Numbered from the stretch's first letter, positions 1-9,784 are shown. The stretch: DNA of 49,167 nt from an uncultured Alphaproteobacteria bacterium (GCA_937907045.1 CALCTU010000032.1:1-49167), one strand, 5' to 3'. The notes: generated by a model not told the origin, from the letters alone. Translations and numbers: made by a program.

Positions 1-273
1 ACTATCAAATTTATGAATGGTACCGTCGAGTTCTCCAACATAGATATTTCCTGTACTATCAAAGGCGATATCTCGTGGTCCAGAATCAAACGTAATATTA
101 CCTGCCACTTTACGGTCCATGGAGTTTGATGAATCTAATAGTAATAAAATGTTGGCTTTAACACCTGCACCGGTTCCGCTTCCGATAGGAGCAGATTTAA
201 CTACGCTTTGGGCATAACTAACCGAGCAAAACATGGTCGTAAACAAAACACATATGGCAAGTTTTAGCTTCAT
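1..273 (-). CDS. pilY1: PilY1-like tip adhesin, paralog C; only the N-terminal 91 codons are present (gene runs off the left edge)
   Basis: Not in the ORF track because it is edge-truncated. Minus-strand ATG at 273..271 is preceded by AGGAGAGG. My translation is MKLKLAICVLFTTMFCSVSYAQSVVKSAPIGSGTGAGVKANILLLLDSSNSMDRK...DIAFDSTGNIYVGELDGTIHKFDS. This parallels the N-termini of the two complete PilY1-like ORFs: signal peptide, APIGS..G..KANxLLLLDxSxSM strand, first NHL-type blade. Confidence 0.75.
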   Translation of the reverse strand, partial: MKLKLAICVLFTTMFCSVSYAQSVVKSAPIGSGTGAGVKANILLLLDSSNSMDRKVAGNITFDSGPRDIAFDSTGNIYVGELDGTIHKFDS

Positions 274-323
274 GGTTCCTCTCCTGGTTATTTATATTAT
301 TACTATTAAAATTATAAGTTGGT

Positions 324-797
324 TTATTTGTTTTTGTGCTCAACGATAAAGCGCTCAAAATAGCCTTTTTTCAAGGTTGCTGATGAGTAAAAAAAGTGAT
401 TAGCACCAACATCCCAGCTTGTATTAAAATAATCTTTTAAGTGATAGTCGGGATTTGGTTTGTTGGGGACTGTACCTAATTTTTCTTCTATAACAGTTAG
501 TATTTCACCAACCGCTTTCTTGTTTGTAAAGACAACCTGTTCGAGTTTATTTTCTTTAAAAGTTAATTTCATGAAAATGTTTCTAGAAAATTCAGGGCAA
601 AAATGGTAGGCCCTCTTTTCAAATGTACCTTCTTTTTGATGGAGAATATGCTCCACGTCATCCTCAAGCGAAATGCCAAAGGCTGGAAATGCTGCTTGAG
701 GGTTTTTTCCAAGTGGAAGGTTTTCCAGTTGGCATGCTAGTGCAGGAGCTGCAACCAAAGCAAGCCATGTTGTTATAAGTGATAAGTAGCGTAACAT
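324..797 (-). CDS. Small secreted Cys-containing protein, paralog P1 of a 4-member family of unknown function
   Basis: 157 aa with signal peptide ending ALA|C. It shares with the ORFs at 4987, 9239 and 9979 a Cys right after the predicted cleavage site, a second Cys ~45 aa later, a (L/I)xF..(N/D/Y)xL block and the KPNPDY motif. A G6 Shine-Dalgarno-like tract lies 9 nt upstream of the ATG. The ORF ends 50 nt upstream of PilY1-C. Confidence 0.7.
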   Translation of the reverse strand: MLRYLSLITTWLALVAAPALACQLENLPLGKNPQAAFPAFGISLEDDVEHILHQKEGTFEKRAYHFCPEFSRNIFMKLTFKENKLEQVVFTNKKAVGEILTVIEEKLGTVPNKPNPDYHLKDYFNTSWDVGANHFFYSSATLKKGYFERFIVEHKNK

Positions 798-826
798 TAT
801 ATAACTCCCCCCAATGAATTATAATA

Positions 827-1321
827 TTAGTTAAATTGCAGAGATACTACTGCCTCAATTGATCGTACAGAATTACGTGGACCGCTGGCCGATGATTCTA
901 CTTCAAAATATTCTTTTTGTCTCAAATTTGCAGTAGAATTATACTCACCGCCAACATTACCAATTTCGTTACCTATACCACCATCGGCAATAGCCTCTGA
1001 ACCAAGTGCAGTGATTGTGCAGTTATAGCTGTAGTCGTCAAGACCAGAAGCGGTGAGTGTTTCGCCGGATACAAGAAGGCTAGATAAGTCAGCAGGGTCA
1101 ATACTGGTGGCAGGTGAGAGTGGATCAACTTCTAATGTTGCTTTAAATTCATCAATACATGATTCTGTATAGTGAAAAACGGATGAATCGATTCCTTTGT
1201 ATGAGGCTGCCTCGTTCTCGCTGTTTGAGATGCGAATAAGACCAACACCAAGTAGGTTCATCACAATGAGCATGAGTAATGCTGTAAGCAATACATTTCC
1301 TTCTTGTCCACTTTTTCTCAT
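827..1321 (-). CDS. pilX: Type IV pilus minor pilin-like protein PilX
   Basis: 164 aa. The N-terminus MRKSGQEGNVLLTALLMLIVMNLLGVGLIRISNSENEAAS matches the PilX N-terminal pattern (QxG..L...L..L.....LG). It sits inside the minor-pilin/PilY1 gene string. Confidence 0.65.
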   Translation of the reverse strand: MRKSGQEGNVLLTALLMLIVMNLLGVGLIRISNSENEAASYKGIDSSVFHYTESCIDEFKATLEVDPLSPATSIDPADLSSLLVSGETLTASGLDDYSYNCTITALGSEAIADGGIGNEIGNVGGEYNSTANLRQKEYFEVESSASGPRNSVRSIEAVVSLQFN

Positions 1322-1328
1322 GATCTTT

Positions 1329-1349
1329 ACTGAAGTAAAATACTTCAGT
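1329..1349 (-). promoter_or_regulatory. 9-bp perfect hairpin between a GGGGG SD-like tract and the pilX start codon
   Basis: Arms actgaagta (1329-1337) and tacttcagt (1341-1349), 3-nt loop. The minus-strand RNA reads GGGGG-hairpin-AAAGAUC-AUG. Confidence 0.4.
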
Positions 1350-1431
1350 CCCCCTTTGATATAATTACTATAAGTTGATTATATCACAGAATTATATCAA
1401 ATCAAAATATTTTTCTCAACCATAGGTATCT

Positions 1432-4400
1432 TTATTGGTGGTGCTCATACCATGATTCTACGCTAACTAGCGGATTTTCAATTGAACGTGGGGTTCCAAC
1501 GATAAGGTTACCCTGTTTTACATAATTACTTGGGAGTGTAATTGAGGAATCATCCGTGCTTATACCCATATATATTTTGCCTTTATAGACAACAACTTCG
1601 GTTGGAATACCCTTTCCTAATGAGGTTGTTTTGTGAATTTGGCCACATTCAAAATAATGTTCGGTAATACTTGCTGTACCTACATTACATATATCATTAC
1701 TTGATGAGGGGGTATAGCGTGGAACAATAATATCACCATTCCATATTGTTAATTTTGAAGTTACTTTTTCATTTGCGCCCAAATTTAGGTACCACCCTTG
1801 TGTAAAGTCCGAAGTCACACAGCTTGATGATTGTTCGTCGCTATTATAATGCATAAAGGGAGTGATATCTTGTAAATTTGATGGTGAATAAGCGGTGTCT
1901 AGTGGGGTATATCCAGGAAAATCAGTATCTTTAAGAGCTATGACCCGATTTTGCAAAGAAGTACGTTTAGCATTAAGATTCATAAGGTCTCCGCTACCAA
2001 AAAATTGATATAATGTACCAGAATGGTCAAGAGCAGAGGCTGTTTGATGGAATGTATATCTGCCATTATCATGTGTTGACTGACTTGAAAATACACGGGT
2101 TTTTTCGTATAATGTACCTGAATTTGTGAAATTAATTTTCCACAAGATACCCTCTAAATCTGTCATATATACCAATGCACCATATTGGTTGAAATTTGCC
2201 GTTGAGTCAGCAGTAATAACGGACATCGTAGAGGCAGATGCATTGGTAATGCCATTATTAGCAATAGTGTCGCCAAGTATAATATTTTGTAAGATGGCAC
2301 CATTATTTTCAAGGTCAATCGCATATATTCTTGCGCCAAATGATTGATTGATATTGGTGTGAAAACCACTGCCAATCAGTGCAACCCATTTATTTGTGTT
2401 TTCATCAATGGGTATGTTTACAATAACCGGTGTGGACCATGCTTGCCCCAATGATCGAAAATCCATGGATGCATCAAGAGTTATATCGTCTTGGTTTAGA
2501 TGGTATACTTGACGTTCGCCTTGATCATTCCAGTAGGCGATATGATTTATTTCTCTGGAGAAGGTAAATAAATGTTGTGGTGCAAGTGGATTGGTTACAT
2601 CTAGTGCATAGTATGAGTGTCCTCCTTGCCTCAGGCCGCCCATTAATATGGTTCGCCATTGTCCATCATAAAAAATATCTTTTACTGTTATAGGGCCATC
2701 AACACCAAAAATACTATTACTTGAAGCATTAATACTGCTGATGACTCCTGGAAAATTAGGAATAACACTTGGGGGGATGAATCCCCATAATTCTTGGCCT
2801 GTATCAAAGTCAAATGCATGTAACATACCACCGTTGGAACCAACATATACTACGGATCTTCGTTCTAGGCACGTCGGGGTGCCACATATTCCGCTTTGCT
2901 GAAAATGATGGTAGTTGTGACTAAATCGGTAAAATTCTTCGGAGTGGATATCTGCGCTTGAGTTAGCACCTGCTTTTGGTGGGCCTACTACTACTGCGCG
3001 GGAATGATAAATATCAGCTAATTTCCAGCGTTCAGAAGGCATCAATGTGGTACCTTGGCTGTCAATACCGGTAGGATATTCGTTATAGATATCTTTTCCG
3101 CGAATAAAACGAATAATATTATTTGCAGTATCATCCGATAATGTGCCGGTATGACGTTCACCGAGTAATCCTTTAAGAAGAGAAGTATTAGCGGTAGTAA
3201 AATTATTGAGTGTTGCATCTGCCATAAGTCCATTATGTGCAGTCCAGAGTTTGCGGTTATCTGCTGCAGTTGTATTGAGTAATTCACCTGCGTCCCATTG
3301 AAGATCCCCGAGCAACCCTTGTTCGTCAAGGGCGTATTTTTTCAAATGACCCTTCCATTGATGATTATCTTGATAGTGAAAAACAGATTGAATGAGATGG
3401 TCTGAGCCTTGTGTTGAAGGTACGATGGTAGGAGCGCTAAATGACAATGATGCATTGATTGCTTGCTGAACAAAGCTGTTTACGGCAGATACAATATTTG
3501 CTTCATTGGTAGCTAAAATGGGTGATACATCTTGGGTTCCGCCTGCTAACGATAATTGATTATAAAAATTAGTAGCAATGGGGTCGTCAATAAATGTCCC
3601 TAGTACGTATGTTTTAATATTGTGGGTGTTTAATAGATCAGTAGCAGTTGCTTCGGCTTCAGCTGCAACAACTTCGCGAGCTACATGTTGTCGTACCCAC
3701 CGTCCGTCTGTAATGACAATAATAATAGTTTGCTGACAGGCTGCATCTGGAACTAAAGGTGAGTTTGGGTCATCATTAAGGTAATCACTTGCTAGGTCCA
3801 TTGCTGCTGCCACGTCTGTTGCAAAATGTAAATCGATATCATTATTGAGAAAATCAATAATTTGATTGGCACCTGTTTCTCCTACTGGAACAGTTAGCCT
3901 TGCTGTGGCATCCCAGGTTATAAGGCCAAAATTAGCGCTAGAGGTTAATTCACTATTGGATACAACTGCACGTAAAGCATTTGCGGCTCTATCAATACGA
4001 CGAAGCGTAATGGGTATTACGGCGTTATCGCTTAAGTTGATGACTCTGTCGTTGCCTGCGTCTGCTACCCATATATTACCGTTATTGTCTTTTGAAAGGG
4101 CGTAGGGGTTGGTTAGGCCTACATTATATCGTGTCACATAACTGCCATTATTGCGATATTGGTATATTCTATCGGTATCGATACTTCCTACAAAAATATC
4201 ACCATTATCGGCAATCTCGATACCAATGGCTTTGTATGCTGTTCCATTGCGTTTGACGGTTGGAATGCTGTTTAGCAATAATCCTTGAGAATTGTATTTG
4301 CCGACGAAGCGATGTTGGTCATGTCGGTGAGTAAGGTAGATGTGGTCATTACTATCAATTGCAATATAGGTAGCTTGGGGAATATGATTGGGCCAAGAGT

Positions 4401-4938
4401 GAATAAAATTTAGGTTACTATCATAGACATCAACGCTTCTGTTATTGTTGATAACGTAGACGTTATTATTACTGTCAATATCAACGGCACGTATATTAAC
4501 AATATTGACGTATGTATCTAAATTTCCATCAGCAGTGAACCGTTGTAATCTTCCTCTATCTTTATCGGCAACATAAAGCCTGTCGTTACTGTCAAAAGCA
4601 ATATCAACAGCACGTGTCAGGCGGTCGCTTTCGTTAAAGTCTGTTTGATTTTCTCCACCAATATAATGGGTAAAAGTTCCGGATGCGTCATAGACATGGA
4701 TAACACCATCATTTTGAGCAATATAGGCGTGATCCTGGCTGTTAAACTCAACATTACGAGGATTGTCTGTGATTTGACCGGTAGTACGGTTCATGGAATA
4801 AGATGTATCCAGTAGCAACAATATGTTGGCTTTTGCAGTTGTGCCGTCAGAACCAATGGGTGCTGGCTTTGCAAACAATGCTATGGGTGCAAATATCAAC
4901 AAGCCAAGAATGATAAAACATATTAATTTCTGGAACAT
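1432..4938 (-). CDS. pilY1: PilY1-like type IV pilus tip adhesin, paralog B (signal peptide, vWA with NHL-propeller insertion, C-terminal PilY1/PilC beta-propeller)
   Basis: 1168 aa. MIDAS strand LLLLDTSYSM. Six NHL-like blades, e.g. VDIAFDSNDRLYVADKDRGRLQRF and GIEIADNGDIFVGSIDTDRIYQY. vWA continuation FGLITW...IIIVITDGRW. PilY1-type C-terminal motifs HQWKGHLKKY, RWKLADIYHSRAVVVGPP and VVYVGSNGGMLHAFDFDTGQELWGFIPPS. Confidence 0.85.
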   Translation of the reverse strand: MFQKLICFIILGLLIFAPIALFAKPAPIGSDGTTAKANILLLLDTSYSMNRTTGQITDNPRNVEFNSQDHAYIAQNDGVIHVYDASGTFTHYIGGENQTDFNESDRLTRAVDIAFDSNDRLYVADKDRGRLQRFTADGNLDTYVNIVNIRAVDIDSNNNVYVINNNRSVDVYDSNLNFIHSWPNHIPQATYIAIDSNDHIYLTHRHDQHRFVGKYNSQGLLLNSIPTVKRNGTAYKAIGIEIADNGDIFVGSIDTDRIYQYRNNGSYVTRYNVGLTNPYALSKDNNGNIWVADAGNDRVINLSDNAVIPITLRRIDRAANALRAVVSNSELTSSANFGLITWDATARLTVPVGETGANQIIDFLNNDIDLHFATDVAAAMDLASDYLNDDPNSPLVPDAACQQTIIIVITDGRWVRQHVAREVVAAEAEATATDLLNTHNIKTYVLGTFIDDPIATNFYNQLSLAGGTQDVSPILATNEANIVSAVNSFVQQAINASLSFSAPTIVPSTQGSDHLIQSVFHYQDNHQWKGHLKKYALDEQGLLGDLQWDAGELLNTTAADNRKLWTAHNGLMADATLNNFTTANTSLLKGLLGERHTGTLSDDTANNIIRFIRGKDIYNEYPTGIDSQGTTLMPSERWKLADIYHSRAVVVGPPKAGANSSADIHSEEFYRFSHNYHHFQQSGICGTPTCLERRSVVYVGSNGGMLHAFDFDTGQELWGFIPPSVIPNFPGVISSINASSNSIFGVDGPITVKDIFYDGQWRTILMGGLRQGGHSYYALDVTNPLAPQHLFTFSREINHIAYWNDQGERQVYHLNQDDITLDASMDFRSLGQAWSTPVIVNIPIDENTNKWVALIGSGFHTNINQSFGARIYAIDLENNGAILQNIILGDTIANNGITNASASTMSVITADSTANFNQYGALVYMTDLEGILWKINFTNSGTLYEKTRVFSSQSTHDNGRYTFHQTASALDHSGTLYQFFGSGDLMNLNAKRTSLQNRVIALKDTDFPGYTPLDTAYSPSNLQDITPFMHYNSDEQSSSCVTSDFTQGWYLNLGANEKVTSKLTIWNGDIIVPRYTPSSSNDICNVGTASITEHYFECGQIHKTTSLGKGIPTEVVVYKGKIYMGISTDDSSITLPSNYVKQGNLIVGTPRSIENPLVSVESWYEHHQ

Positions 4939-4986
4939 GACGTGGTACTTTCATTCAATCGTGTGTAATTATTGTTTATTTTCCTG

Positions 4987-5457
4987 TTAATTTGGTTGAA
5001 TAATGAGTGTTTCTTTGGCAGTGCCTTTAATACGATCAGACACATACATGATGTCTAGTTGGTTGTTATGTTGCCAACGTGTTCTGTAATAATAACTAGC
5101 CGAGTGATCTTTATTTGGCCTTTTTGTTGTTTGGCCAAAATGTTTTTCAGCAATGCTTAGGATTATATCACTATGATGCTTGTAGTGAATTGTCATGCCA
5201 ATGAGGCTATGATCTTCGAATGTAAGGGAAATAGTGCTTCCAAAAGGAAACACATCACAATAACGATTGGCATGAAATTGGAGTTGTCCAGAGCCCTCCT
5301 GCAGAAGCGCTTCAACTTCTTCTTCGTCGCTATCAAGGCTAAAATAACTTACCACATATGCGGGTGGTTGTTGAAATGGTATGGTTACAAAATCACATGC
5401 ATATGCTGAAGTATAGAGGCATAGAAAGCTTAAAAATGTCACAAATTTAACTAACAC
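4987..5457 (-). CDS. Small secreted Cys-containing protein, paralog P2
   Basis: 156 aa with GTG start and signal peptide ...SAYA|C. Second Cys in NRYCD; RPNKDH motif equivalent to KPNPDY. The ORF ends 48 nt upstream of PilY1-B. The leader motif TGGGGGGAAAGGTG is shared with P4. Confidence 0.65.
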   Translation of the reverse strand: MLVKFVTFLSFLCLYTSAYACDFVTIPFQQPPAYVVSYFSLDSDEEEVEALLQEGSGQLQFHANRYCDVFPFGSTISLTFEDHSLIGMTIHYKHHSDIILSIAEKHFGQTTKRPNKDHSASYYYRTRWQHNNQLDIMYVSDRIKGTAKETLIIQPN

Positions 5458-5488
5458 GGTGTGAAAACACCTTTCCCCCCATATGTGA

Positions 5489-5517
5489 ATTATAGCACAT
5501 ATTGAGAGGAGTTTAAA
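5489..5517 (-). promoter_or_regulatory. Sigma70-type promoter candidate for P2/pilY1-B (TTTAAA-N17-TATAAT with TGn extended -10)
   Basis: The minus strand reads TTTAAActcctctcaatatgTGcTATAAT. The -10 is at 5489-5494 and the -35 at 5512-5517, located between the pilY1-A stop and the P2 start. Confidence 0.4.
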
Positions 5518-5565
5518 TAAAAATACACAATCTATGGTTTATATTTGTGAGGTGGTGTGTAAGTG

Positions 5566-8500
5566 CTACGGATAAAGCTCTTGCCAGCTTTCCACGGTGA
5601 CGAGCACATTTACGGCAGCTGAAGGATCGCCAACAATAAGATTATCAATCTTCTCAAAGCCTGCAGGTGTGGTGGCTAATGGATCTGCAGAACTAATGCC
5701 TGCGTATAATTTTCCTTTATAAATTACAACCTCTGATAATACGCCAGGTCCAAGATTTGTTTGTCTTTCAACCGTACCACACGTAAAGTGATGTTCACTG
5801 ATGCTTGCGTTACCAACCTCACACGCACTTGATCCTGTGGTGGGTGTATATCGTGGCACAAACACATAGCTATTATTTACTGTTAGTGAAGCGGTTACTT
5901 TGTCTGTACCAATGTCAAAATACCAACCTTGAGCAGTTGAGTCACCTGTACATGAGGTCCCGGTTTCTGTTGCGCTGGTGACGTCATTGAGGTCGCTATC
6001 GGTAAGTGTAGAGCTGGTTGTAATTAATGGAAAGTTTGCGTCTTTGATTGCATGTACACGGTTACTAATAGCGCTGTCCGAATTATTCAGCTCAAGCATG
6101 TCTCCAGTACCATAGAATAGGCGTAATACCCCCGATGAGCTAAGTGTTGCCGCTGTCTGGAAGTACGGTACTCTGCCGTTAGTTTTTGTTGTATTTGTAT
6201 CATAGAGTTCGCCGTCGTTATATAACGTGCCCGAATCAGTGAAATTTATCTTATGTAATATACCGTCAAGGTCTGTAAAGTAAGCGATAACACCTGTATG
6301 TGTAAAGTTTGATGTGGAGTCTCCATTAATCACAGAGACAGTTTGAGGTACTGCATTATTGATGCTATTGCTCGATTTCGTTTCACCAAAGCTAATAGTC
6401 TCAATGATTTTACCACTTTCAATACTGCTTTCTAAGTCAACAACATAGAGGTTAGAACCATAGCTTCCGGAGCCTGAATTCATACCGCCGCCAATAAGTG
6501 CGACCCACCTTGTTCCGCCTAATTGGTCTGGAATAAGGCTAATAACAGGCTCTGACCAGGCCTCTCCAAGTCCAGAATAATCAAGGTTGGTAGGTACAGG
6601 AGTAGGGGCGCCGCTCAAAGTTGAGTAGGTGTAATGGACTCCACTAGCGTCCCAGTATGATATTTGGCCATGGGTTAAAGATTCATTGGCAAATGTAAAT
6701 AAGTGCTGAGGTGCGTCTGGGTTGGTTACATCTAACGCAAAATAGGACTTACCACCTTGTCTAAGGCCACCAATTAATACGGTACGCCATTGGCCTGAAT
6801 AGTAAATATCTTTGACAGTTAACAGGCCATCAACGCCATAAATTGATTCACTTTCGCCTGCGATAGATGATATTGCCTGATTAAAATTAGGAATAACACT
6901 TGGCGGAATGAATGCCCATTTTTCTTCGCCTGTTTCATAGTCAAAGGCATGTAACATACCCCCATTAGATCCAACATAGACAACGGTATCTCTTTGGGTG
7001 CATGCAACCCCGCAAGATGATCCTTCTTTAAATGACTGGTAGCCGTTTGCACTACGATAATATTGTTCGGTGTGGGTAGGCATATTTGAATCGATAACCG
7101 CATTAGGTGGTCCTACAACCACTGGTCTAGAATTATATATGTCAGCCAGTTTCCAGCGATCACCGGTGGCTAAGGTTGTTCCGGCTGAATCGATCCCTAA
7201 AGGATATTCGTTATAAACATCCTCTCCACGAATAAATTTTATTAGATTCTCAGAAGCAGTAGTATCCACAGTTGCTAGGCGTGAATGGAAATAGCTCACA
7301 TTATCGGCAATAAAGTTATTATAATCTACCGCATAGCTTACGCCACTATGTACGGTCCAGATTTTACGTTCACTAGAAGTAATGTCATTGAGTTGTGCTC
7401 CTGCTTCCCATTGTTGTGCTCCAATACTTCCAGTATTTGTGAGGGCGTATTTTCGGAGTTGTCCTCGCCATTGATGGTTTGGAATATAGTCAAACACTGA
7501 ATGTAAAATATAATCAGTGCCAGCTCCAGATGGGACAATGGTTGGTGAGCTAAACGCAATGGATTGGTTAATAGCATCTGCAATATACGTATTAATGGCA
7601 CTAATAATTTCAGAATTATTATCTGCAATGAGTGGAGATAATGGATCAGTACCACCAGCCACAGAAAGGGTTGTATAGTAGGGCATAGCTTCGGCTAATT
7701 GTGTCTCATCTAGGAAGGCAGCCAGTACATAGGTGGGGATATTATCATTATCATAAAGATCTTCTGCAATAGCATCGACGCTTACTTGTGTTGCTTCCCT
7801 ACAAGAAGTACTTGAGCAGCCACCCGATGCATTGGTCCACATGCCATCGGTGATTACAATATTGATCGTTTGCTGGCAGCTAATGGTACTGTCTATGGGA
7901 GTTGGTTTGCCCGAAATATTATTATCATAATAATTTCTGGCAAGTTCCATTGCTGAAGTGGGGTAGGTACCAAATTCAAGGTAGCTTGTTGGGTTTGCTA
8001 ATACCAAATCCATAAATGCACTGATTTCTGTTGCGCCAGTTGGTGAAATTTCAACGCGTAACTCTTCATCACCGTCAGCTGCCCAGGTAATAAGACCAAA
8101 ATTGACTTTGGTGTTTAATGCACTATCGGCGACCACTGCCTGAATTGCCTGTGCTGCTTTTTCAATACGCATTTGGGCAACTGGTGGAAGGAATTCGGTT
8201 GGATTGTCAATGTTAATAGCAAAGTCAGCAGGATTACCAGGATGTTCATCACTTACCCATATATCGCCATTCTGATCTTTAGATAATGTTTTGGGGGCAT
8301 CCAACGCAAGACTAGAATTTTTGGTAAGAAAGTTGCCGGCGCTATCATAGATATAAATAGAGTCTTTATTTTCACCAGCAATATAAATATTGCCATTATC
8401 AGCAATCTCAATACCTGTTGCAAGAAACTTACCTGAAGAAGGGTCTTGAAATGTAAATGACAGTAACTCATTACCATTTGTGTCAAATTTCCTGATATAT

Positions 8501-9189
8501 CGATCTCCACCAGATTTATCAGGTACGTATATATAGCCATCATCATCAACGGCTAGGTAATTAGTACTACTATGAAAACTTGTAGACCAGTCACGTAAGT
8601 GATTTAAGTCCGTATCATATACTGCGACATTGGTATCAAAAGATCCGTTACCATCTGCCTTCATAACATATAGTAGGTCATTTGGTTTATCGATATCAAT
8701 TGATTTAAGGCCGTTTATATTATTAATATAAGACATAGATCCAGTGGTAGTGTCTTCGTAAAGGCGTGATGCAGGAATCTTTTGGACCCGTTTTTTGTTT
8801 GATTTTGTATCTGCAATATATAAGTTGCCTTCTGCATCAAATGTCATATCGATAACTTCGCCAATTTTTGCACTATTTGCAAAGTCCCACTGATTTGTAC
8901 CGCCAACTTGTCCTACAAAATCACCCGATGGATCGTAAATGTAGATAGTGCCATCGTCCTGAGCAATGTATGAATATCCATCTGAGTCAAATTCTATATC
9001 ACGAATTTCTTCTACTTCTTGTCCTGTGATTCTGTTCATTGAGCGTGATACATCAAGTAACAACATTACATTGGCTTTTGTGCCGCCAGATCCTGACCCA
9101 AGAGGTGCTGTTTTGGTAGCCATGACTTGTGTGCTTAATAAGCATAGACAAATACATAGATACGTTGATAGTTTTTGTAATACATGCAT
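5566..9189 (-). CDS. pilY1: PilY1-like type IV pilus tip adhesin, paralog A (same architecture as paralog B)
   Basis: 1207 aa. MLLLDVSRSM; NHL-like blades (VIDMTFDAEGNLYIADTKS, GIEIADNGNIYIAGENKDSIYIY, LSKDQNGDIWVSDE); FGLITW...NIVITDGMW; HQWRGQLRKY; RWKLADIYNSRPVVVGPP; VVYVGSNGGMLHAFDYETGEEKWAFIPPS. SD TAAGGA lies upstream of the ATG at 9189. Confidence 0.85.
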   Translation of the reverse strand: MHVLQKLSTYLCICLCLLSTQVMATKTAPLGSGSGGTKANVMLLLDVSRSMNRITGQEVEEIRDIEFDSDGYSYIAQDDGTIYIYDPSGDFVGQVGGTNQWDFANSAKIGEVIDMTFDAEGNLYIADTKSNKKRVQKIPASRLYEDTTTGSMSYINNINGLKSIDIDKPNDLLYVMKADGNGSFDTNVAVYDTDLNHLRDWSTSFHSSTNYLAVDDDGYIYVPDKSGGDRYIRKFDTNGNELLSFTFQDPSSGKFLATGIEIADNGNIYIAGENKDSIYIYDSAGNFLTKNSSLALDAPKTLSKDQNGDIWVSDEHPGNPADFAINIDNPTEFLPPVAQMRIEKAAQAIQAVVADSALNTKVNFGLITWAADGDEELRVEISPTGATEISAFMDLVLANPTSYLEFGTYPTSAMELARNYYDNNISGKPTPIDSTISCQQTINIVITDGMWTNASGGCSSTSCREATQVSVDAIAEDLYDNDNIPTYVLAAFLDETQLAEAMPYYTTLSVAGGTDPLSPLIADNNSEIISAINTYIADAINQSIAFSSPTIVPSGAGTDYILHSVFDYIPNHQWRGQLRKYALTNTGSIGAQQWEAGAQLNDITSSERKIWTVHSGVSYAVDYNNFIADNVSYFHSRLATVDTTASENLIKFIRGEDVYNEYPLGIDSAGTTLATGDRWKLADIYNSRPVVVGPPNAVIDSNMPTHTEQYYRSANGYQSFKEGSSCGVACTQRDTVVYVGSNGGMLHAFDYETGEEKWAFIPPSVIPNFNQAISSIAGESESIYGVDGLLTVKDIYYSGQWRTVLIGGLRQGGKSYFALDVTNPDAPQHLFTFANESLTHGQISYWDASGVHYTYSTLSGAPTPVPTNLDYSGLGEAWSEPVISLIPDQLGGTRWVALIGGGMNSGSGSYGSNLYVVDLESSIESGKIIETISFGETKSSNSINNAVPQTVSVINGDSTSNFTHTGVIAYFTDLDGILHKINFTDSGTLYNDGELYDTNTTKTNGRVPYFQTAATLSSSGVLRLFYGTGDMLELNNSDSAISNRVHAIKDANFPLITTSSTLTDSDLNDVTSATETGTSCTGDSTAQGWYFDIGTDKVTASLTVNNSYVFVPRYTPTTGSSACEVGNASISEHHFTCGTVERQTNLGPGVLSEVVIYKGKLYAGISSADPLATTPAGFEKIDNLIVGDPSAAVNVLVTVESWQELYP

Positions 9190-9238
9190 GATCTTACTAG
9201 TCCTTACTATGGGTCTCTATTTTGATGTACTTACGTTA

Positions 9239-9739
9239 TTATCGTTTTACAAAGGGAGTAATCATTACAGATTCTTGTATATAGGCATGATGATTCCTGG
9301 TGAGATAGCGTATATCCACAGTGTCTTCTTGTGGCCATGTAGAAGAAAAACTGTTTCTAGATGGGTGGTCAGGATTGGGTTTGTTTTGAAGTTCCCCTAA
9401 ATGTTCCTCTACCTGCTTAAGAAGTGGTAATTTCTCATCTGGCTTGCTTTTGCGTAAGAATACTACAGAAGATAGTTTATATTCGGTAAAGTTAAGATGA
9501 ATGACTACCGATTCATCCATGTTTGAACAATATGGCTTGGCATCGATACGATGAACACCATTTCCTTGCTCATCCAGCTCTTTTAAAATTTCAGAAGAAT
9601 GGTCGTAGCTATTATAATGTAGTAATACAGAGTTAGCTTTGTCGCCAATTGGTGTGTAGGTTAGTTTACACGCATAGCTGTTGCATGCAAATAAAACTAG
9701 GCCCAAAAAAATACTGGTTAGTCCCTTTTTAGTAATCAT
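9239..9739 (-). CDS. Small secreted Cys-containing protein, paralog P3
   Basis: 166 aa with signal peptide ...NSYA|C, second Cys in KPYCS and a KPNPDH motif. The ORF ends 49 nt upstream of PilY1-A. A near-consensus promoter lies upstream. Confidence 0.7.
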   Translation of the reverse strand: MITKKGLTSIFLGLVLFACNSYACKLTYTPIGDKANSVLLHYNSYDHSSEILKELDEQGNGVHRIDAKPYCSNMDESVVIHLNFTEYKLSSVVFLRKSKPDEKLPLLKQVEEHLGELQNKPNPDHPSRNSFSSTWPQEDTVDIRYLTRNHHAYIQESVMITPFVKR

Positions 9740-9784
9740 AAAGGCCCCCTTTTGCCTTTTTGAGTGTACGTATACTCATGGTTG

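Noticed and set aside
2126-4105. Short ORFs within or antisense to pilY1-B (2126-2347 +, 2163-2375 -, 3042-3329 -, 3866-4105 +), and similar ones inside pilY1-A (6819-7103, 7285-7500, 7338-7655, 8253-8549)
   Set aside because: They are embedded in long ORFs that have strong family motifs. Their translations are low-complexity or hydrophobic, they have no SD, and they look like frame shadows.
8966-9400. 144-aa plus-strand ORF bridging the pilY1-A start and the P3 end
   Set aside because: It is antisense to two supported genes and their intergenic spacer, and its composition is typical of a shadow frame.
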